DNA of 64,000 nt from Eledone cirrhosa (taxonomy: Eukaryota): the NCBI GenBank assembly GCA_964016885.1, contig OZ024742.1:345402001-345466000 (forward strand), written 5' to 3'. Within the stretch, counting starts at the first letter, position 1; each line of letters begins with the position of its first letter. Of this stretch, positions 53,548 to 64,000 are shown piece by piece. The notes beneath the pieces were generated by a model that searched no databases, was not told the DNA's origin, and was given only the letters and a program-made list of their open reading frames with translations. The position numbers were made by a program, and so were the translations under genes.

Positions 53548-53990
53548 AATAATTGCTTCTACTTTTGACACAAGGCCAGCAATTACCCAGTGCATTACTG
53601 GTGTTTTATTCTATCGACCCCGTAAGGATAAAAATCAAAGCTAACCTCGGCGGGATTTGAACTCAGAACATAAAGAGCCATAGCTCTATGCTGCAAAACA
53701 TGGTGTATGAAGCTCCACCGATACTGCCAATCCAAATAGATGGTTATCATAAACAATGGTTGAATAAAACCGGGTAAAGTGTCTCCCCCCCCCCCCCCAG
53801 GGGAGGGGTGGACAGGTACACCTGTCCTTCATAGGGGCACTTTGTTTGATTTTCTTCAACTATTATTTATGTTCTGTGTTCAAATCCCGCCAAGGTTAAC
53901 TTTGCCTTTCATCCTTGCGGAGTCAATAAAATAAAGTACCAGTAATGCACTGGGTAATTGCTGGCCTTGTGCCAAAAGTAGAAATAATTA
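53548..53990. mobile_element. Two Meta-like SINEs head-to-head (53548-53735 minus; 53868-53990 plus)
   Basis: Both carry the CCTT.CGG.GTC.ATA.AATAAA..ACCAGTAATGCACTGGGTAATTGCTGGCCTTGT core and tail. Confidence 0.8.
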
Positions 53991-54359
53991 TTTATGTTTA
54001 TCAAATATAATTATTGTTAATTTATACTGTGTGGCGACTATAGATTTTTATATCTATACCAATCAGGCCATCACATCTACAAAAGTCCCCACTAAATACA
54101 AACTAAGGCTGCTAATCACTCCAGCTGTTTCCCCAGTCAAAACATTTACAATTCTCTAACACCTCCAATGTTCTTGAGAAAATCCTCTAAGTGATATCTC
54201 CTGTTTCATCCTTCTGCCAAGTCAAGAAGAAACAAATATGATCGATTATGACAACAAAGTTTTGACGATATTTCATTACTTTAAATTTGGGGTTTTACAT
54301 GATTATGATTAGCAATTTAGTAATTAGTTCAATAATAACTACCTTCATCAAATAATATG

Positions 54360-54622
54360 AAACACCACTCCACCCTACGCATAGACCTGTCACACTCTCC
54401 CCTTCGCCCTTATAGTCCTTGCTTTTCCCCTCCCTTTCCTCTCATTTATGACATTTATAGTCCTTTCCTCTACTTTCCCATACACTCACATCTGCCCTTT
54501 TTATCTCTTCCTCCCCTTTTTTCATTACTTTATATTGCTTTCATCTTCTCTTTCATATTTCCATCATTGGGTTACATTTATTTTGTAAAATATAGTTGAC
54601 ATTTCCAATAAAAGAAAAGAAA
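54360..54622 (+). mobile_element. L1/Tx1-like 3' UTR fragment with AATAAA and A-rich tail
   Basis: Homologous to rc of 30020-30250; ends CCAATAAAAGAAAAGAAA. Confidence 0.55.
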
Positions 54623-55595
54623 TAATTATGAAAACGAAAATATGAAGTCATATTTTATCAACGATTGGGAGATAAATGAGAGATAACTCTTTGAATAAAA
54701 TCCAACATAACATTTGATAATGAACATTATCTGAGATTGCGATACACCTAAGGAATATATCCTTAACAAAGTTAATTATTCGGAACTTCAAAGGCGTAAC
54801 TCTATATCTAAACAATCCCACAGAGTATTGTGCAATATTTTCTGAATCTCCAAAGTTCTCAGCAATGTTGAAAACAGATCAATAGCTTGTAATTAATAAC
54901 ATGTACAGAGTTTTATAAGACACATTAGGAGATACTATCCAGCATGAAGGAGATATTTCATGGATCTCTGCACAACAGACGTTGTCTCAGCTTTCTGTAT
55001 AGCAGGGGTGGGGCCGTGTGTACAGGTTGGAGAGAAATCTATCGGTAATTAAGTATCTTTTACTACGAAATATATTAAGATCAGCGTTGGATAAACTGCG
55101 TACATATTATGAAGAACCATACCATTTTACATTAACTAAGCGTTAACTAAACATATATATATGTATGTATTTATGTATGTACGTGTGGATGTATGTAGAT
55201 ATGTATGCATGCACGCGTGTATGTATATGTATGTATGTGTATATATGTATGTATGTATGTATGTAGTTATGTATGTAGGTTTGATTAGACATGAACAAAG
55301 TCATATCAGTAGACCTCATGTACGCTATGATCGGAAAACGTGTAAGTAATATGGCGAGGAATGTGCAAGCATGGGAGATCTTAAAAGACACATGAGAACA
55401 CACAGTCAGAACCAAGCATTGTAAAGTCCCAGATGAGCCCACAGTTTCCATATTTGAGCCAGCGGGTGCAAATATTTCGTGCCTCACATTTTTGAACATT
55501 TTATCGGCTGATGGCCATGCTCGAACACGAGTTTGCAGCCATCATGTATGTATGTATGTATGTAAATAGGTAGGTAAATAGGTAGGTAGGTACGT

Positions 55596-55770
55596 GAAGA
55601 CACGTGGCTTAATGGTTAGAGGGTTGAACTCGCAATCGTATGGTTGTGGTTTCGAATGCCAGTCCGGGTGGTGCGTTGTGTTCTTCAGCAAGACACTCTA
55701 TTTCACGTTGCTCAAGTTCACTCAACTGTAGAAATGAGTTGCGACATCATTGGTGCCAAGATGTATTGGA
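55596..55770 (+). mobile_element. CORE-like tRNA SINE
   Basis: GTGGCTTAATGGTTAGAG..GTTTCGAATGCC..GCAAGACACTCTATTTCACGTTGCTCAAG. Confidence 0.8.
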
Positions 55771-56125
55771 CGTTCCCCTCCCCGAAAATCAGAAATTATT
55801 GTTATTTGACTTGTGACTATTAGGAAAAGAGCATTGAAAGAGATAAGGAAAGAACTCTTTCTTCAACATTTTTTCCAAGTCTTACTCAAAGCGGATTTTG
55901 TTGTTCTTTATCCCTAGCTTAATCCTACACGAGGAAATCTGTATTGAAAGGTAATCTAGCGATGGCCAGACCATCGTTTTCACACATAGGATATCTTGTT
56001 GAACATTTATTCAATGTGATAGTTTCTTTAGTCTTGGACTGTAGGCCGTGGCTTGAGAGATTTGAATTCAAGCAATAATTGGAGTATCGAACTACAGGTA
56101 AAGCGGACAGAATGTTTCTTACAGT

Positions 56126-56470
56126 TGGTAAAGGTAAAGACCTCCTTCGAACACGAATGACCTTGGAATTTGTATCTAGAAAGTTCTCCCTTTGAGGCAC
56201 AAGTCCGGGCAAGGTTGTTTATGGAAGACCGGCAGTCGCCGATGCATACCAGTATTGCCACTCCACGTCACCGATGTTGTGCAAGGGAAAGGCAATGGCC
56301 GATAGTTTGGCACCAGTGTCGTCATAACTCATTTCTACAGCTGAGTAAACTGGAGCAACATGGAATAAAGTGTCTTACTCAAGGACACAACACATCACCC
56401 GGTCCGAGAATCGAACTCACAACCTCACTATTGGATGCCCAACGCTCTAACCATTAAGCCATCCTCCTTC
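56126..56470 (-). mobile_element. Full-length CORE-like tRNA SINE with (CTTTAC)n tail
   Basis: GGTAAAGGTAAAG tail; AAAGTGTCTTACTCAAGGACACAACAC; GAATCGAACTCACAACC. Confidence 0.8.
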
Positions 56471-58082
56471 AGTTGGTAGTTTTAGTGGAGTGCAACTATT
56501 CGCTAACCAACCTCATACCTCCTACACGTTAAATCAACAAATGATTGGCCAAGCACTATGTTCACCTGCTCGAAATAGCAGCCATATCATTTTAAAAGCA
56601 CACCCTAAAGGTCTTCAAATAGGAGATATGACGTATTACTGATAGAGTGTGTTAAATGTTAAATAGCAATATGTGCCTACTAAGTTAGCGCTCATCACAC
56701 CATTCAATTCTTGGATATTAGACCTGCTGGGCAGTTTTTTTCTTCAACTTTCCTTGCCGAATACTTTAATAGACTCCCTAGTGAACATCCGTTAAATAAT
56801 GCTACACACGCGTACTTTTCGCAACTATTACTTCATAAAGTTGTAATCCTTGCTTTCTATATTTTATTTTTTTTTACTTTTAGCGTTATATATTTTTAAC
56901 TACTAATCAAAGTATTGATTGTATTCGCTATTACAGAATGGAGGATCATAAGCTTAACATTCTGTTTGTTGCACATTTACACAAACCAAAAATATAAAGA
57001 TTAAACGAAATGAAAAGAAACCATTTGCCTGAAGCTAAAACAGTTGCGTAAATTGTGAGTGTTTTAGAGCCAGAGTTAGCAATATCGTGACAGGTTTTCA
57101 AACACCTGTTCAAACTAATTCTGTTCACATTCGCTGCTAATGTAGGAAAACAACTAAAAAATAATTCTCTCAATTTCCCTTCCGCTAAAATGGAGAGCTT
57201 TTGTTCTTTATCGAAACTTAACACAATATACATAATGTATAGTAATGGTGAGATAAAGATTACGACAACAAAAAGATTCGAACTAAATACCTCAAAATTA
57301 TGAGTAGGATACTCTGCCACTAGGTATATATCCTAGAGCAAACCACTGCAGATGATGTTGGTTACAGGAAGATAAAAGGAAATACCTTTATTAGAAATTA
57401 CTTTAACGCCCTCGGTTGAGATATTATCTCTTAAATCTATTTTGTTCACATTTTTAAATATTGATATTTAATTTAGGCATAAAGTCATCAAATTTGGCGT
57501 AAGGGCAAAATTGCTTACATGAACCCCTACCCCTATTTGAGTACTACTTTATTATATCGACCCCCGGAAAGATGGGATTTGAACTCAGAATGTAAAGAGT
57601 CAGAACTAATACCGCAATTGCATATTATCCGATGCTCTACCAATTCTGCCAATGCATTTGCTTGATTGTGTTTAGAAATATTAATTGAGTTTAGTTGGAT
57701 CAGCAGGGCCGTTAGTGCTTCTCTGAAAATAATCTGTGAGTTCAAATCCCACCAAGGTCGGTTTTCATGACATCGGCCTCTTTCCGGGATCGATAAAATA
57801 AACTACTAATTAGGGACTGTGGGTTAATTCAGTCGATTATACATCATGAATGAGGGACATAGAACAACAAAGAATAGAATTGAAAATTAAATGAAAAACC
57901 AATATTATCTCTGATCGAGACGAAGCGAGAAACATGAAAAAATGAGAAAACTCGTTGCTAGAACATCCGTTAGAACAGCTAACTGCTGTGAAAGACAGCG
58001 ATGGACAAACATGTCTCAGAGGACAGAAACCAGCGGCCAGTGGGCAACAGAGAGACAATCCACAAGGTGGGTCACAGGCAGT

Positions 58083-58330
58083 TGAAATATGTATCAAAGA
58101 GGAATAGATTGCGATGTTTGGGTCATGTATTGAAGAGGGGTGAAATTGACTGGGTGTGGGGAATAAAGCCGGTGATAAATGTTGTGAAACGAAATCAAAT
58201 GAGATGGAGGGATAATGTATTGAAAATAAAATGAAAGTAACTGAGAGGAATAAAGCCAGTGATTGTGAAGAGAAATGGGATGAGATGGTTGAGTCATGTG
58301 TTGATGGGGGGAAATTAACTGGGTGAGAGG
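58083..58330 (+). mobile_element. Three diverged tandem ~85-90-bp copies of an RTE ORF segment
   Basis: RNRLRCLGHVLKRGEIDWV-like unit; GGAATAAAGCC.GTGAT recurs. Confidence 0.55.
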
Positions 58331-58644
58331 AGTGATGGAAACGAATGAGGTAGAGGAAGACTGACATGACTAAATGTACTGAAGGAAGGAATGAAAGCTA
58401 AGGAGTTAGTAAGAGAGGGATACAGTTGATTAGTACAAAATATATTCTCCCCGTTATGTGCTGGGATTAGCAGTGATCAAAATAACTGACGCTATTTACT
58501 TCATTTCCTGTCTGAGATCAACATTATTTTCAAGTAATAGGTAACAATCAAAATAAAATAACAGTAGACTGGAGCAAATATAATCGATCATACACCCCAA
58601 CAAATTGTGTTCATATTAGAAATCAATATTAATTGTAATATGTA

Positions 58645-59110
58645 AAGGTGGCAGTATCGGTAGAGCGTCGAACAACATGCTTGATGGCATAGAGTTACAC
58701 CCCTTTACGGTCTGAGTTCCAATCCTGTCGAAGTTAGCTTTGCAGTATCGGTAGAGAGTAAGACGCCATGATTTGCAGCATAGAGTTACGGCCCTTTACG
58801 GTATGAGTTCAAATCCTGTCATGGTTAACTTTGCCTTTCATCCTTACGAGGTCGATAAAATAAAGTACCAGTCACGCACTGGGGTCGATTTAATCGACTT
58901 TGCCCTACCCTAAAATTGTTGGCCTTGTGCCTATATAAGAAACCAATTGTAATAAAAGATGGTGATGAGTTAGCGGAATTAGTAGACCGCTGGATAAAAT
59001 TCCATTGTAGCATTTCTTCCGGCGTTTTATGTTCTGATTTCAATTCTCACCGAAGTCAAATTTCCGTTCTATTCTCCCGGGATCGACGAAATAAAGTATC
59101 AGTCAAGTAA
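58645..59110 (+). mobile_element. Tandem Meta-like SINEs, the first with a duplicated tRNA head
   Basis: GCAGTATCGGTAGAG..GAGTT.CAATCCTGTC twice, then core; older copy follows at ~58960. Confidence 0.8.
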
Positions 59111-59504
59111 AAAAGAACCCCCTCCCTCCCATTGAGAGAAGCGAGAAGCACACATAATTTATGTTTCGGCCTCGGAAGGATGAAAGACAAATTGGATTTT
59201 TGTGGAATTTGGACTAAGTCTGCAGTGAACCGGAACGAATGATGCAAAACTTTCCAACAGATGTTCCAACTTTTAACAATTAAACCCTTTTCGCCGCTAA
59301 TACATTCATAAAATATAGCTTGATAAAGTATCTGACTCAAATATTGTTTGATAAATAAAATTAGTTACCGGGTTTCGGCATCCGATGGCGGTGCTCCATC
59401 ATGGCCTCAGCCTATCGGCTGGTGCGCATAATGCAATAAAAGAGTAATGTAGTAAAGGAGTATTTACTAGTGTCCTGTTGTCTTCGCCATAATAAGTATT
59501 TGTA

Positions 59505-60087
59505 CCACATATACACGAATATAAAGCAAGGAATATGTGAGAAAATATCGATGGTAGTAGGGGTCGACTTATATTCGAGGTCAATATTTTGACGATTTTC
59601 TCCAACCTCAAATTCTACGTAAATAAGGTTTAGAATTTTGCCCACTTCACAAATATAAAATAATTGTTTCTACTTTTTGGCACAAGGCCAGCAATTAACC
59701 AGTGCATTACTGGTACTTTATTTTATCGACCCCGTAAGGATGAAAGGCAAAGTTAACCTCGGCGGGATTTGAACTCAGAATGGCAAGGGCCGTAACTCTA
59801 TGCGTCAAAGCATGGCGTCCGACCATCTACCGATACTAATGATTTCTACTATGAGCACAAGGCCAGCAATTTTGAGAAGAGGGAACTCTGCGTTACTGGT
59901 ACTCTATTTTATCGACCTCGTAAGGATAAAAGGCAAAGCTAACCTCGGCGGGATTTGAACTCAGATCATATAGGGGCCGTAACTCTATGTTGCAAAGCAT
60001 GGCGTCAAACCCTCTACTGCCAATCCACCAATATAAAATAATAGGGTCGACTCATATTTGTATCGCCTTATTTGCGAGTATATACAG
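59505..60087. mobile_element. Tc2/pogo-like MITE containing two minus-strand Meta-like SINEs (59662-59838; 59840-60030)
   Basis: TA|CCACATATACACGAATATAAAGC ... GCCTTATTTGCGAGTATATACAG|TA; GGGTCGACT.ATATT subterminal repeats. Confidence 0.6.
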
Positions 60088-60208
60088 TATATACGTAGAG
60101 TTTAACTTAACACGCTAAGTCCGTTTAGAACAAAGTTCTTTTGCACATTACAGTTTCCTTATCGTCATGGGGTATACCTATGTATATGTGTGGGTGTGTT
60201 TGTATGTG

Positions 60209-60298
<90 letters not shown>

Positions 60299-60319
60299 AG
60301 TGTGACAGCTCACACCTAC

Positions 60320-60524
60320 GCAGGTTTAGCTGGCCTGCTCCAACGTATATCTCGTTTAATGATAGGGACCCCAGGCCTATCATCTCATTTCTACAGCTGA
60401 GTAAACTGGAGCAACGTGAAATAAAGTGTCTTGCTCAAGGAAATAACACATCAGCCGCTCCGAGCATTGAACTCACAACCTTTCGATTGCAAGCCCAATG
60501 CTCTAACCACTAAGCTATGCGCCG
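60320..60524 (-). mobile_element. CORE-like tRNA SINE
   Basis: Near-identical to 42100-42238. Confidence 0.8.
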
Positions 60525-60814
60525 TCAATTCGGTCTTCCCACCTTTGATTTTATAAAGCGCTGACTAAATGGTTATTTAATTCATTCATTCATGGAGCAA
60601 AACTGGTAAAGGACACTACATATACCTATGTATGATCCCTATTAACCAACAATGGATGTTTCTAGACGATGTCACCCGAAGTACAAGAAATAGTGGCTAA
60701 ATCTTCCTTCCACAATGTTTCTCACATCATCTTGAAAAGAAAGAATTCGAAACTGTTGAACTGGATGCGAAATTTTGTTTGAATAAAACTGAAAGATGGC
60801 CTACTTTTGAATGA

Positions 60815-61220
60815 CAACTACAACAACCACAACAATAACGACCAGAACTGAAAAAATAACAGCTACAACAACCATGACAACAACAACCACAACAACTATG
60901 GACACAGGAACAACAACAAAAACAATTACAATCACAACCGCAGAAACTAAAACAGAACAACACAAATCAATGCAATAGCCGGAACAACAACAACAACCAC
61001 AATCACACTAACAACCACAACCGCTCTACACCAAAAGCATCAACAACAACAACAACAACAACAACAATAACCACAATCACACTAACAACCACAACCACTG
61101 TACAACAAAAACAACAACAAAAACAACTACAATCACACTAACAACCACAACCACTCTACAACAAAAGCAACAACAACAACAACAAAAGCAACAATTACAG
61201 CAAAAGCTACAACAACAACC
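60815..61220. repeat. (AAC)n-derived low-complexity tract with ~55-75-bp repeats
   Basis: CACAATCACACTAACAACCACAACC.CT.TACA occurs three times. Confidence 0.85.
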
Positions 61221-61825
61221 TATTTACAAGCAGCAGTCGTAACAGTGGAGACTCGTGATCTTATCGTGAGGGTGTTAGGCCTAACATGCTAAAGTTGTGA
61301 ATTATGTTACCAGCGCCACGTTTTGTCCCCGAGCAAGATATTTTATTTCACGTTGCTTCATTTAAATCATCTTGAATAAATGAGTTGTAACTGTAATCCA
61401 AAGCACCAGGTTTGCTACACAGTGTGTCACACTGAATCTCCTTGAGAACTGCATTAATGGTGCACTCGTCTACAGAATACTCAACCATACACAATTTATT
61501 TCAGGAGCATTCTATTCCGTTCATCAAACCATTGGAAACTTCATCGTCATAACTGTGGTTCTAAAGTACATCAAACTTAATTTTTGATGAATGAGAAAAG
61601 AGAAATAAATACTAACAAGCGATAGACTCCAAATGGAGGTAAGGTATTGAAAATTGATATAAAGGGAGAATAATGTATTTTCTTCCGCCTTCATGGTGTG
61701 GGGTATTATTTAGCATCGATAAAGTTAATCCCAATATATTGCACATCACTCAATAAACGAGATAAGCCACATACCTCTGACATTATAGATTCATATTAAT
61801 ATGGTTATCTACAGCAATACGTCTA

Positions 61826-61894
<69 letters not shown>

Positions 61895-61897
<3 letters not shown>

Positions 61898-61997
61898 AAA
61901 AAGTATGACCCGACGGCAGAGCTCAAGCCGTTTCGACGGCTATTTCTGGACTCTGGTGCGTTATGATCCATCTGGTTCCTTACCACAATTCCTTTGT

Positions 61998-61998
<1 letters not shown>
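61895..61998. mobile_element. Family C PLE termini head-to-head between (TA)n tracts
   Basis: Minus arm: HHR 3' half; plus arm: terminal CTCTGGTGCGTTATG..CCTTTGTT(AT)n. Confidence 0.8.
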
Positions 61999-62094
<96 letters not shown>

Positions 62095-62327
62095 GCGTGT
62101 GTGCGTGTGTGTGTGTGCGTGTGTGTGTGTGCGTGTGTGTGTGTGTATAAGAGACATTTGAAGTTTGGTTGAAGCATTGTGGAATAATAAAAATAGTCGT
62201 TTTGGAAGCCTCGACAATGCAGATTGATAAATCTCCGGGTAACAGAATCAGGTGATAATGTGAGAGAGATGTAAGAGGAAACGGAGAAAGAGACGTAGAA
62301 GAACGTAGGAAAGGTGTAAAAAATAAT

Positions 62328-62512
62328 AACTGTTTCTACGTTAGGCACAAGGCCAGCAATTACCCAGTGCATTACTGGTACTTTATTTTATCGACCCTGT
62401 AAGGATGAAAGGCAAAGTCAACCTCGGCGGGATTTGAATTAGGATCGTAAAGGGACGTAACTATGCTGGAAAGCATGGCGTCGACCCTCTACCGATACTG
62501 CCAATCCACCGC
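62328..62512 (-). mobile_element. Meta-like tRNA SINE
   Basis: Near-identical to 15300-15482. Confidence 0.85.
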
Positions 62513-63249
62513 CAGTGTAAAAAATAATAACACGAGATAGAGTTACCCTGAAAATGATTTAATAGTCCCTATATTTCGGATTTCACATCCATCAACCGGG
62601 GGTTTTCCGAGCGGAAAAAAGGTTGTGTCGGAGAGGACAACATGTGGCCTCCGCTGTTCACCGTGTGCGTACAACACACATACACTGTGTGTATGTGCGT
62701 GTGTGTGTGTACTGTCGTATAACTTTGGTAGGAATATACAAAGGGGAAGAGCACTCAGTCCATTGGACGAGTTAAGTATCATTAGTAAATAATATATATA
62801 TATATGTGAAGAAGTAACTGGGCGAACTGCCCGAGCTCGTGATCGCTCCACTACTTTCATTAATATATACAAGGGTCGACTCAGAGGTTCATAGGCTGAC
62901 TATGAAAGAGTGATGCTAGAAGGTTTATTTACAAGAACTTTACCAGTTTCACTAGTCTCATGAGATATGTTTCTCTTTCGAAAATATCTCAGGCAACGAT
63001 CAGTTCGAGGAATGTTTTCTTAGTTTGAGGTGTCTCTTCAGAAACCGTTGGTCTCTCAATTATAGATGCACCATAGCTCCATACAACTCACCGAAACTGC
63101 TAACGGGCCATTGAAGTTAGATAACCTTCTATCAATTTGGTCTTCCCACTTTTAATTTTATAAAGCTCTGACTAATTGGCTATTTAATTCATTCATTCTC
63201 ATGGAGCAAAACTGGTAAAGGATGTACACCACATATATATGTTTTTATA

Positions 63250-63555
<306 letters not shown>

Positions 63556-63706
63556 TATATATATATATATACATATATTATATACTTTATTAAGACTAGG
63601 TGGTGTTTCTTTTTACTCTTCAAAGGTTCATTAGACAGGGTTATTTCAAATCTACTTCAGTATTGAGTACTCTTTCTCACGCCCGCCAGTATCAGTATCA
63701 AGCGTA

Positions 63707-63763
<57 letters not shown>

Positions 63764-63869
63764 AGAGAGAGAGGGGGGGGACTGAAATAGAGACAGGTGT
63801 ATGTATTTGGGTATGTGTTTGGATGTATCTGCGCTTTTGTGTGTCTGTGTGTGATTGTGTGTGCATGCG

Positions 63870-63900
<31 letters not shown>

Positions 63901-64000
63901 TGAAATTCTGTCGGTCACTTTATCTGGGAGAGAAAGAAATTCTCTATTAAATCGTTTGAAGTTTTACTGAGCATGTACAGGTCATTAGGAAATACGGAAT

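Noticed and set aside
55918-57320. Possible small host exons (AG..GT at 55918-55950; ORF 56946-57320)
   Set aside because: Splice-like dinucleotides only, with no recognisable protein motif; needs RNA-seq

Overview
Eukaryotic, gene-poor, repeat-dense DNA. The SINE families and microsatellite load suggest a coleoid cephalopod such as Octopus, but that is inference. No host protein-coding gene is supportable. Bases 1-12.0 kb are a 20-bp minisatellite with kb-scale internal duplications. 15.9-21.1 kb is a 5'-truncated, frameshifted L1/Tx1-type LINE on the minus strand. The rest is Meta-domain-like and CORE-like tRNA-SINEs, RTE/CRE/L1 fragments, Tc1/mariner elements and MITEs, two non-autonomous Helitrons, and many (TA)n/(CA)n tracts. 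The main unexplained-by-ORFs signal is at about 34-52 kb, with outliers at 62-63.5 kb. It is a nest of Penelope-like element (PLE) termini inserted in (TA)n tracts, many as fold-back palindromes, carrying at least 15 type I hammerhead ribozyme (HHR) motifs of several families on both strands. These include a tandem 470-bp retrozyme-like HHR repeat, a duplicated two-HHR composite, and an HHR with a 77-nt insertion in stem II. All folds were read by eye, not computed, and SINE boundaries are approximate.
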